Assembly (NCBI RefSeq): GCF_000023965.1
Contig: NC_013202.1
Location: 2,850,001 to 2,882,000, forward strand
Source of the DNA: Halomicrobium mukohataei DSM 12286
GTDB taxonomy: Archaea > Halobacteriota > Halobacteria > Halobacteriales > Haloarculaceae
Direction of reading: 5' to 3'
Length of the DNA: 32,000 nucleotides
The position numbers and the translations under genes were made by a program. Below, piece after piece: positions 6,819-14,744 of this stretch (positions are counted from its first letter, which is position 1; the number at the start of each line of letters is the position of its first letter). A model generated the notes under the pieces. That model was not told the origin of the DNA, did no database searches, and worked only from the letters and a program-made list of their open reading frames with translations.

Positions 6819-9017
6819 ATGGGGCACGAGCGGTCGACGCGAAGCGAGGGTGGGGAAACGCTCGACGGACGGATCGACGTGCTGTGTATCGGAGACAGAT
6901 CGTCGTCCGGGGCGATCAGCGAAGCGGCCAAGGACGTCGACGCCCCGATCTCGGTCGCGTGGACGACCGACCACCGACGGATCCGGACGGTGGCCGAAGC
7001 CAGGACCATCGACTGCGTCGTGATCGACGGCTCGCTGAGCGAGCACACCCACGAACAGGTGCGCCAGATCGAGGCGTTACCCGTCGTCCTCTACACCGAG
7101 ACGGACCCGGCGAACGTGTCCGACGAACTGCTCGCCGTCGTCGACACGCTGGTCGACAGAGGCGATCCGGACGACACCGCCCCGTTCCTGATCGAGAAGG
7201 TCGTCGGCCTCGTCAGCGAGCGAGAAGAGAAGAGCGAGTACGCCCTGGCACAGGCGCTCGCGCGGGTCGACGACGACGCCGCCTGCGAGGGACACCAGTT
7301 CCTCGTCGAGCCCGACGGGACGATCTGCTGGGCCAGCGATCCGTTCGAGACGGTCTTCCCCGTCGACGCCGCGGCGGACTCGGGTGGCTTCTACGAGCGA
7401 CTCGTGGCGCTGCTGGGCGACAGACCGAGCGCCATACGGACCGTGACCAGAGCCCAGCGAGGGGTCGACGCGACGAGCGAGACCGTCGTGGAAGTGCCGG
7501 CAGACGACGAGACACGCCACTTCAGCCACTCTGCACACGAGCTGCCAGACAGCGTCGGCTCGTTGCGCCTCGAAGTGTTTCGCGACGTGACTCCACAGGT
7601 ACAGCGCGAGGCGCGACTGGAGCTGCTGGACCTGCTGGTCGAGCAGGCACAGGACGGGCTCTACACGCTGGACGAGAACGGCGTGATCGACTTCTGCAAC
7701 GAGTCGTTCGCCGAGATGCTGGGCTACGAGCGGACCGAGATCATCGGCCGGCACGCCTCGAAGACGCTGGCGGAGGGCGAGCTAGAGAAGGGCCAGCAGA
7801 CGCTGCGCCACCTCGAACGCACCGACGAGGAGAGCGCCACCGTCGACATGACTTTCCTCGACCGGGAAGGCAACCGTCTGGAGGTGTCGATCCACTACAC
7901 GCTGTTGCCGTCCGAAGACGGGAGTTACGCCGGGCTGATGGGTGTCGTCCGGGACATCACGGAACGCAAGGAGCGCGAGCGGGCACTGGAACAGTACCAG
8001 ACGCTCGTCGAGAGCGCCGGTGATCCGATGTACGTCCTCGACGACGAGGGCCGGATCGAACTGCTCAACGAACCGATGGCGTCGTTCTTCGGCCGAGAGA
8101 AGGACGCCGTCGTCGGCGAGCGGATCAACGAACTGCTCCCGGAGGCCGGCGGCGAGCGCGGCGACAGGGCGCTCAAGTCGATTCTCGGGGACGAGAGCCG
8201 GACCTTCGAGAGCTTCGAGAGCTGGCTGGCCGACGCCAACGGGACCCAGCGTCTCTACGAGGTGACCGTCGGCGTGATCGAAGACGACGGGGAGTTCGTC
8301 GGCTCGGTCGGCACGCTCCGAGACATCACCGAACGCGAGCGTCGCCGCGAGGAGCTGGATCTCCTGCGACAGGTCTTCGCTCGCGTGTTGCGACACAACC
8401 TCCGCTCGGAGCTGTCGATCATCATGGGCAACACCGAGGTCGTGATGGAGGAACTGGACGGACCGAGCCGGGAGCTGGCCGGCACAGTGCTGGAACGCGG
8501 CAGGCGACTCGAAGAAACCGCGAGGAAGGCCAGAGCGATCGAGTCGGTGCTCGACAGCGAGGCGGTCCGGACGACCCAGTGCGTCGAGCAGGTCGTCGAC
8601 CGCGCCGTCACGGCCGTCCGAGACGAGCACCCCGACGCAGTTATCGAGACCGACGGGTCGTCGTCACTGTCGGTGCGTGCCCACCCGAACCTGGTCGTCG
8701 CCGTCGAGAACCTCGTGGACAACGCCGTCGAGCACGGCGAGGCGCTGGCGACGTGTGATGCCCGCGTCGAGGTCGAACGCGACCGGGACGGCGTCTCGCT
8801 GTCGGTGGTCGACGGCGGACCGGGTCTGCCGGAGTGTGAGCGCAAGGCACTGAATCAGGAATCCGAGACGCCACTGGAACACGGGAGCGGACTGGGCCTG
8901 TGGCTGGTCAACTGGATCGTCGAGCGCTCCGGTGGGGCGCTGGGCTTCGACCACACCGACGGCCGGACGACCGTGAGGATCGAGCTAGACGGCGACGCCG
9001 AGAGCGGCCCCGACTGA
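6819..9017 (+). CDS. Multi-PAS sensor histidine kinase with an N-terminal receiver-like domain
   Basis: 732 aa from MGHERSTRSEG. PAS cores are YTLDENGVIDFCNESFAEMLGYERTEIIGRH and MYVLDDEGRIELLNEPMASFFGREKDAVVGE, each followed by DITERKERE or DITERERRREEL linkers. H-box VLRHNLRSEL. HATPase_c motifs DNAVEHG, DGGPGLP and GSGLGLWLVNWIVERSGG. Confidence 0.85.
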   Translation: MGHERSTRSEGGETLDGRIDVLCIGDRSSSGAISEAAKDVDAPISVAWTTDHRRIRTVAEARTIDCVVIDGSLSEHTHEQVRQIEALPVVLYTETDPANVSDELLAVVDTLVDRGDPDDTAPFLIEKVVGLVSEREEKSEYALAQALARVDDDAACEGHQFLVEPDGTICWASDPFETVFPVDAAADSGGFYERLVALLGDRPSAIRTVTRAQRGVDATSETVVEVPADDETRHFSHSAHELPDSVGSLRLEVFRDVTPQVQREARLELLDLLVEQAQDGLYTLDENGVIDFCNESFAEMLGYERTEIIGRHASKTLAEGELEKGQQTLRHLERTDEESATVDMTFLDREGNRLEVSIHYTLLPSEDGSYAGLMGVVRDITERKERERALEQYQTLVESAGDPMYVLDDEGRIELLNEPMASFFGREKDAVVGERINELLPEAGGERGDRALKSILGDESRTFESFESWLADANGTQRLYEVTVGVIEDDGEFVGSVGTLRDITERERRREELDLLRQVFARVLRHNLRSELSIIMGNTEVVMEELDGPSRELAGTVLERGRRLEETARKARAIESVLDSEAVRTTQCVEQVVDRAVTAVRDEHPDAVIETDGSSSLSVRAHPNLVVAVENLVDNAVEHGEALATCDARVEVERDRDGVSLSVVDGGPGLPECERKALNQESETPLEHGSGLGLWLVNWIVERSGGALGFDHTDGRTTVRIELDGDAESGPD

Positions 9018-9085
9018 TACGGACGGTTGTCAGATTGATTCAGCAACACTAAGTACAACCGGTATTCTCCATTGTACTAATACGA

Positions 9086-11083
9086 ATGCCGTTCCGCCAC
9101 CAGGCGACCGTCGGCGCGTACGAGACGAACGGGGACCGGGCAGACGACTCGCCGCAGCTGACCACGCCGGTCGGCGTGTGCCAGGACCCGCGCGGGAACG
9201 TGTGGGTCGCGGACACCGCGAACAGTCGGCTCGTCGTCCTCGACAGCGCCCTGGAACAGCATCTGACGGCCGTCGGCGAACCGGGATCGGAACCGGGATC
9301 GTTCGAACTGCCCTTCCGGCTCGCCCACCACCCGAGCGATCGGGCGCTGTTCGTGACGGATCTGGCCAACGGCCGGGTCCAGCGGTTGTCCTACGAGTAC
9401 GACGGTCGACGGCCGGCGGTCGTCGCCGTCGACACCTTCCGGCCGGACGACGGGGAGCGCTTTCACCCCAACGGCATCGCAGTCTACGAGTACGACGACG
9501 GGCTCCGGGTGTTCGTCGCCGACGAGTTCTACCACGACGGCGACGACCTCCGTTCGCGGATCGCGGTCTTCGACGACGAGGGGGCGCTCGTCGACACGAT
9601 CCGGTCGGTCGACTCCGAGTTCGCCGGTGCGCTCCCGCTGTACTGGCCACAGGGGTTGGCCGTCGACACCGCGGGGAACCTCCTGATCGCGAACACGGGA
9701 GAGGGCGTGTTGCGCCGGACCGGCGCGTTCCCCTCGTACTTCGCGACGGTCCTTCGCTGTGACCGGGCCGGCGTTGGCGTCCCCTTCGAGGAGACGGGGC
9801 TGCCGATCGTTCCGCAGTCGTACGTCACGCCGCGGGGCGTCTCCGTGCTTGGCAGCGGGGACGACGAGCGCGTCGCCGTGCCGGACGTAGGCGGTGGCTT
9901 CGTCCACATGTACGACACCGCGCGGGGGCACACGAGCGAAGTCCCCTCGACGATCGCGCCGAGCTTAGACGACCGGCGGTTCGGGTCGCCGATGCAGGTC
10001 GCCCCCTACGACTCGCCGGACGGCACCGCGACCGACGACACGACCGAGCGGGTCCTGATCACCGAGGCGATGGACCACACCGTCGCCGCCTACGAGCTGG
10101 GGACCATCTCCGAGTCGAAGCGACGGCTGGCCGGCGTCGGCGGCGACCACACCGCGCCCGAGCGGCTGTCCTTCGCCAGCGCGGCCGTCGGCGTCCCCAC
10201 GGTGGGCGGCGAGCGACTGCTCGTCGTCGACGCCGACAACGCTCGGCTCCAGGTGACCGACGCCGACGGCGGCGGACCACTGGTCCAGCGACCGCTCTCG
10301 CACAACCGTTTCCCGGTCGGAACGGCGTTCTGGTCGGTCGAGCCCGGCCGGGGATATCTCTTCGCGGCCGACTACTCGCTGACCTACGACACGGACAACG
10401 ACGAGCCACAGATCGCCGTCTACCGGCTCGACTGCCGGGAAGGAGTTCGGATCGAACACGTCACGTCGGCCGCCACCTGGGGCATCTGGGGGAACAACTG
10501 CAAGCTGCCCCGAGGGCTGGCGACCGACGAGATCGACGGCGACCGGACCCGCCTGCTCGCGGTCGACTCCTTCAACGGCCGGCTGCTCCGGTGGACCTTC
10601 GACCGGACGACCGGTGAACTCGACTACGAGGCCGACGACGGTCGCTTCGGGCACGACCCCGGCGAGTTCTGGAACCCCAGCGACGTGGCCGTCGGCGAGC
10701 GCGCGACCTACGTCACCGACCGGAACAACAACCGACTCCAGTACCGCGACGACGACGGGTGGCACGTCTACGGCGGGGCCGGCTACGGCACCGACGGCGA
10801 TCGATTCCTGTTACCCCAGAGCGTCGCCGCCGCCGACGGATACGTCTTCGTCGTCGATCTGGTCGATCGCGCGATCAAGGCCTACAGCGAGACCGACGCA
10901 GACGAGGACGAAGCGCTGGCGTTCGTGGACGCGATGCAGGCCTTCGGCGGTGACCGCGGCCGGGGCGACCTCTGGATGCCGTCCCTGCTGTCGGCGAGCG
11001 GGCGCGAGGACGGCGTCGAACTGGTCGTTCCCGATTCCGTGCTCGGCGTCGCCTACCGGTACCACTGGACGCCCCCGGCGTGA
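9086..11083 (+). CDS. NHL-repeat beta-propeller protein (about 12 blades, probably two six-bladed propellers), cytoplasmic
   Basis: 665 aa. Contains recurring NHL-like blades: GNVWVADTANSRLVVLD, ALFVTDLANGRVQRLSY, NLLIANTGEG, LLVVDADNARLQVTD, LLAVDSFNGRLLRW, TYVTDRNNNRLQYRD and YVFVVDLVDRAIKAY. No signal peptide or hydrophobic segment. Confidence 0.75.
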   Translation: MPFRHQATVGAYETNGDRADDSPQLTTPVGVCQDPRGNVWVADTANSRLVVLDSALEQHLTAVGEPGSEPGSFELPFRLAHHPSDRALFVTDLANGRVQRLSYEYDGRRPAVVAVDTFRPDDGERFHPNGIAVYEYDDGLRVFVADEFYHDGDDLRSRIAVFDDEGALVDTIRSVDSEFAGALPLYWPQGLAVDTAGNLLIANTGEGVLRRTGAFPSYFATVLRCDRAGVGVPFEETGLPIVPQSYVTPRGVSVLGSGDDERVAVPDVGGGFVHMYDTARGHTSEVPSTIAPSLDDRRFGSPMQVAPYDSPDGTATDDTTERVLITEAMDHTVAAYELGTISESKRRLAGVGGDHTAPERLSFASAAVGVPTVGGERLLVVDADNARLQVTDADGGGPLVQRPLSHNRFPVGTAFWSVEPGRGYLFAADYSLTYDTDNDEPQIAVYRLDCREGVRIEHVTSAATWGIWGNNCKLPRGLATDEIDGDRTRLLAVDSFNGRLLRWTFDRTTGELDYEADDGRFGHDPGEFWNPSDVAVGERATYVTDRNNNRLQYRDDDGWHVYGGAGYGTDGDRFLLPQSVAAADGYVFVVDLVDRAIKAYSETDADEDEALAFVDAMQAFGGDRGRGDLWMPSLLSASGREDGVELVVPDSVLGVAYRYHWTPPA

Positions 11084-11174
11084 CCTCGCAGGCAACTCGT
11101 CGTCGGGTAACCGACCGCTTCGGACAGGTAACTGACACGTAACTATCCGGGATCGGCGTCTCTCTGCCGTCGAG

Positions 11175-11519
11175 ATGGACACCGCGACCGGCAGTCCCCC
11201 CCTCGACGTACTCGAACCGCCCGCCGGCCTGTGGCTGCTGGCACTGGTCTTCTTCGGAGTCGGCGACCTCCTCACGACCGGGGTCGGCCTGACGCTTGGC
11301 ACCTCGACCGAGGCCAATCCCGTCGTCGCACCGCTCGTCGAACGGTACGGCGTCGCCGTCTTGCTCCCGATCAAAGCGGCGTTCTTCGTCGGGACCTACC
11401 TCGTGTGGCGAGCGTTGCCCCACCCGTACTCGACGACCGTCCCCGCGACGCTCGCGCTGGTGGGCGTCGTCGTCACCGCCTGGAACACCGGAATGTTGCT
11501 CACCGGAGCGTTCTCGTGA
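11175..11519 (+). CDS. Small membrane protein, conserved hypothetical (DUF5658-like by recollection)
   Basis: 114 aa with three hydrophobic segments, a FFGVGDLLTT motif and an EANP motif. High GC3. Confidence 0.6.
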   Translation: MDTATGSPPLDVLEPPAGLWLLALVFFGVGDLLTTGVGLTLGTSTEANPVVAPLVERYGVAVLLPIKAAFFVGTYLVWRALPHPYSTTVPATLALVGVVVTAWNTGMLLTGAFS

Positions 11520-11549
11520 CGCTGGCGGTCGGCGAGGACGTGACGCCGG

Positions 11550-12767
11550 TCAATCGTCGCTCCCGGCTCGCCGACCGTCTTCTGACTCGCTGCCGGCGGT
11601 TTCGAGTATCTCGTCGCGGTGTTCGTCGAGCAGTGGCGCGCGGCCACGCGGTCGCGGATCGGTCTCGGTCATCTTGATCGGGCTGCCGGCGATCGTCACC
11701 CGCTCGTCGGTGCCGGGCTGGTCGACCGTCGCCAGCATCTCGCGGGCCGCGACGTGTGGGTCTTCGAAGACGTCTGCAGTGTTCTGGACCGGCGCGGCGG
11801 GGACGCGGCCGTCGAGGGCGTCGACGACGGCGCTCGTCTCGCGGTCGCGCGTCCAGTCGGCGATAGCGGCCCGAAGCGCGTCCCGTGCGTCGCGTCGGCT
11901 GGCGGCGTCGGGATAGTCGGCCGCCAGATCCGGGCGGTCCATCGTCTCACAGAGCGTCCGCCAGTGCCCGTCCGAGAAGGCGGCGATCACGACGTGGCCG
12001 TCGGCCGCTTCGAAGGCGTCGTAGGGGAACAGCGTGGGGTGTGAGTTGCCCCGTCGAGTGGGCGCGTGGCCGTCGTAGGAGTACTGGTAGATCGTCCGCT
12101 CACACAGCGAGAGCATGGCGTCGTACATCGCCGTGTCGACGTACTGTCCCTCGCCGGTTCGCTCGCGGTGGTGGACGGCCGCGAGGATGCCGACGGCGTT
12201 GAGCGCCGCGGTAAAGAGGTCGCCGACGCCGGGGCCGACCTTCGTCGGCGGTCCGTCTTCGGGGCCGGTGATCTCCATGACCCCGCCCAGCGCCTGGGCG
12301 ATGAGGTCGAACGATGGCTGGCCCTGGCGGTGCGTCTCGCCGGTCCGCGGGTCGCCGAAGCCACGAATCGAAGAGTAGACCAGCGACGGATTGCGCTCGC
12401 GGAGCCGCTCGTAGCCCAGATCGAACCGTTCCATCGTTCCGGCCTTGAAGTTCTCGACGACGACGTCCGCGCGCTCGACCAGCGAGAGAAACGCCTCGCG
12501 GTCGGCCTCGTCGCCGAAGTCCAGTTCCAGCGATCGCTTGCCGCGGTTGACGCTCTGGAAGTAGCCGCCGTAGGGCTCGTCCTCGCTTTCGAGGTACGGG
12601 GGGTTCGACCGGATCAGGTCCCCGCCGGGGCGCTCGATCTTTACCACGTCCGCGCCCATGTCCGCGAGCAACATCGTGCAGTACGGGCCGGCCAACACCT
12701 GTGTCAGGTCCAGGACCCGAAGGTCCGAGAGGGCACCCATGCGTCGTGGCTCGGTCGGCACGGCCAT
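11550..12767 (-). CDS. mct: Class III (CaiB/BaiF) CoA-transferase; by context succinyl-CoA:mesaconate CoA-transferase
   Basis: 405 aa. Family signature LRVLDLTQVLAGPYCTMLLADMGADVVKIERP, with GRAPLLDEH near the C-terminus. Divergently adjacent to the glutamate mutase / methylaspartase operon. An alternative start lies at 12740 (MGALSDLRVLDL). Confidence 0.8.
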   Translation of the reverse strand: MAVPTEPRRMGALSDLRVLDLTQVLAGPYCTMLLADMGADVVKIERPGGDLIRSNPPYLESEDEPYGGYFQSVNRGKRSLELDFGDEADREAFLSLVERADVVVENFKAGTMERFDLGYERLRERNPSLVYSSIRGFGDPRTGETHRQGQPSFDLIAQALGGVMEITGPEDGPPTKVGPGVGDLFTAALNAVGILAAVHHRERTGEGQYVDTAMYDAMLSLCERTIYQYSYDGHAPTRRGNSHPTLFPYDAFEAADGHVVIAAFSDGHWRTLCETMDRPDLAADYPDAASRRDARDALRAAIADWTRDRETSAVVDALDGRVPAAPVQNTADVFEDPHVAAREMLATVDQPGTDERVTIAGSPIKMTETDPRPRGRAPLLDEHRDEILETAGSESEDGRRAGSDD

Positions 12768-12861
12768 GAATCTTTGTGATTAATCATTATGTATTCCTTA
12801 AGGACGTATTATCATGAAAGATCATTACATTTATTGTGGGGAGCCTCGTCTGCACTATCAC
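12768..12861. promoter_or_regulatory. AT-rich divergent promoter/operator region between mct and glmS
   Basis: This is the most AT-rich stretch in the window. TTTATT at 12830-12835 lies about 29 nt before the glmS ATG. ATACATAATGATTAAT (minus-strand reading) lies 16-33 nt before the mct ATG. There are perfect palindromes TGATTAATCA (12777-12786) and CCTTAAGG (12796-12803). ATCAT occurs at 12783, 12811 and 12821. Confidence 0.55.
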
Positions 12862-13302
12862 ATGCCCCGGACGGTCATCCTCGGCGTCATCGGCTCCGAC
12901 GCTCACGTCGTCGGTATCACGATTCTCGAACAGGCGCTGTCGGCCGCAGGCTTCGACGTCGTCAATCTCGGCGTCAAGACCTCGCAGGCGGACTTCGTCG
13001 ACGCGGCACAGTCCCACGACGCCGAGGCGGTACTGGTCTCGTCCCTGTACGGCCACGCCCGGCAGGACTGTGAGGGCTTTCACGACCGGATCGCAGACGC
13101 CGGCCTCGACGTGTGCACCTACGTCGGCGGCAACCTCGCGGTCGGTCAAGACGAGTTCGAGCAGACCCGCGAGCGCTTCCGCGAGATGGGTTTCGACCGC
13201 GTCTTCGACGCGGAGACCGACCCACAGGAGGCGATCGCGGCGCTGCGCCAGGACCTCCAGCTGACGGCCCGCGAGGCCGAGCGAGCGAGGGTCGACAGCT
13301 GA
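12862..13302 (+). CDS. glmS: Glutamate mutase sigma (B12-binding) subunit
   Basis: MPRTVILGVIGSDAHVVGITILE carries the DxHxxG cobalamin-binding motif, and SSLYGH follows. A TTTATT box about 29 nt upstream of 12862 favours this ATG over the 12814 ATG. Confidence 0.88.
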   Translation: MPRTVILGVIGSDAHVVGITILEQALSAAGFDVVNLGVKTSQADFVDAAQSHDAEAVLVSSLYGHARQDCEGFHDRIADAGLDVCTYVGGNLAVGQDEFEQTRERFREMGFDRVFDAETDPQEAIAALRQDLQLTAREAERARVDS

Positions 13303-13304
13303 CC

Positions 13305-14744
13305 ATGCCCCGCGACCAGCGGCTCGCTGGCGAGGAGCTACAGCGACTCGCCAACGGACTCCGCGACGAGTGGCACACCGGCCGCGAGGTCGACTTCGAG
13401 GAGGCGATCGCCTTCCACGAGTCGCTCCCGCCCGGCAAACAGTTCGCCCCGGTTCTGGAGTCGGCCGATCGACCCCTGCTCCAGCCACGCGCGGGCGTCC
13501 CCTGCCTCGAAGCGCAGATCGATCTGCTCCGGTATCTCGAACAGCAGGGCGGGGCGGACCTGCTCCCGACGACGATCGACTCCTACACCCGCGACAACGA
13601 GTACGAGAAGGCAGAGGAAGGGCTGGCGGCCTCGCGCAACAGCGACGAGGACGCGCTGAACGGGTTCCCAGCGGTCAACCACGGCGTCGAGGACTGCCGC
13701 CGACTCGTGCGGGCGCTGGACACGCCCATCGAGGTGCGCCACGGCACGCCCGACGCGCGCCTGCTGGCGATGGTGACGCTGGCGGGTGGCTTTCAGAGCT
13801 TCGAGGGCGGCCCCATCTCGTACAACATCCCCTACACGAAAGGCCACAGCCTAGAGGAGACGATCACACACTGGCAGTTCGTCGACCGGCTCTGTGGGGC
13901 CTACGCGGAGCGAGGCGTCGTCGTCAACCGCGAGCCGTTCGGCCCGCTGACCGGGACGCTGGTCCCGCCGGCCATCGCCATCGCCGTGATGCTGGTCGAG
14001 GGGCTGCTCGCGGCCACGCAGGGCGTGCGCTCGCTGACGCTTGGCTACGGCCAGGTCGGCAACGTCGTCCAGGACGTGGCCGCGCTGCGCGCGCTGGGCG
14101 CGCTGGGCGAGGAGTACCTGCCCGACGACGTGACGGTCACCACCGTCTTCCACGAGTGGATGGGCGGGTTCCCACCCGACGAGGCCCGTGCCAGCGGCGT
14201 CATCGGCCTCGGCGGCGTCACGGCGGCGGTCGCCAGGCCCGACAAGGTCATCACCAAGTCCCCACAGGAGTTCCAGGGCGTCCCGACCAAGGAGGCCAAC
14301 GCCGCCGGCCTGCGGACGACGAGACAGCTCATAGATATGACCATCGAACAGGACATCGACCTCGCCGGTATCGACGAGGAACAGCGACTGATCGAACAGA
14401 CGACACGCGCGCTGATGGACGCGATCGACCGCCACGGCGACGGCGACGTGGCCCAGGGGGTGATCCGTGCCTTCGAGTCGGGCGCGATGGACGTTCCCTT
14501 CGCCCCCAGCGACGCCGCGGCGGGCGCGGTGTTGCCGGCCCGCGACGACGACGGCCGCGTCCGGATGTTCGAGTTCGGCGATCTCGCAGTGCCCGACGAG
14601 ATCCGCGAGATTCACGAGAACAAGCTCGGCAAGCGCGCCGAGCGAGAGGGCCGAGCCCAGTCGTTCCAGATGGTCGCCGACGACGTGGACGCCATCAGCG
14701 ACGGCAAGCTCATCGGCCGCCGGGGTGAGACGGATGCGGATTGA
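13305..14744 (+). CDS. glmE: Glutamate mutase epsilon (catalytic) subunit
   Basis: 479 aa. Recalled clostridial GlmE blocks are conserved: QPRAGV, LLRYLEQQGGADLLPTTIDSYTR, NREPFGPLTGTLVPP, TTVFHEWMGGFP, TKEANAAGL, SFQMV and GRLIGR-like (KLIGRR). The ATG lies 2 nt after the glmS stop. Confidence 0.92.
   Translation: MPRDQRLAGEELQRLANGLRDEWHTGREVDFEEAIAFHESLPPGKQFAPVLESADRPLLQPRAGVPCLEAQIDLLRYLEQQGGADLLPTTIDSYTRDNEYEKAEEGLAASRNSDEDALNGFPAVNHGVEDCRRLVRALDTPIEVRHGTPDARLLAMVTLAGGFQSFEGGPISYNIPYTKGHSLEETITHWQFVDRLCGAYAERGVVVNREPFGPLTGTLVPPAIAIAVMLVEGLLAATQGVRSLTLGYGQVGNVVQDVAALRALGALGEEYLPDDVTVTTVFHEWMGGFPPDEARASGVIGLGGVTAAVARPDKVITKSPQEFQGVPTKEANAAGLRTTRQLIDMTIEQDIDLAGIDEEQRLIEQTTRALMDAIDRHGDGDVAQGVIRAFESGAMDVPFAPSDAAAGAVLPARDDDGRVRMFEFGDLAVPDEIREIHENKLGKRAEREGRAQSFQMVADDVDAISDGKLIGRRGETDAD

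Noticed and set aside
6504-7048. N-terminal extensions offered by the ORF track: HK from 6504, helicase from 7048, DsbA-like from 2324, glmS from 12814, glmE from 13113, mal from 14467 and mcl from 16043
   Set aside because: The extensions run through AT-rich promoter DNA or across the preceding gene in another frame, and translate to low-complexity sequence. Internal ATGs sit at leaderless distance from TATA-like boxes or at ATGA/overlap junctions, and give N-termini that match family expectations.
4232-9017. The idea that the helicase plus the divergent sensor kinase, or the SPFH/NfeD pair at 22437-24251, marks an anti-virus defence island
   Set aside because: The helicase has the full XPD/Rad3 Fe-S architecture of a housekeeping repair enzyme. 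There are no nuclease, methylase, TIR, Sir2, Argonaute or Cas partners. There are no integrase or tRNA boundaries and no compositional shift. The neighbours are core metabolism and translation genes.
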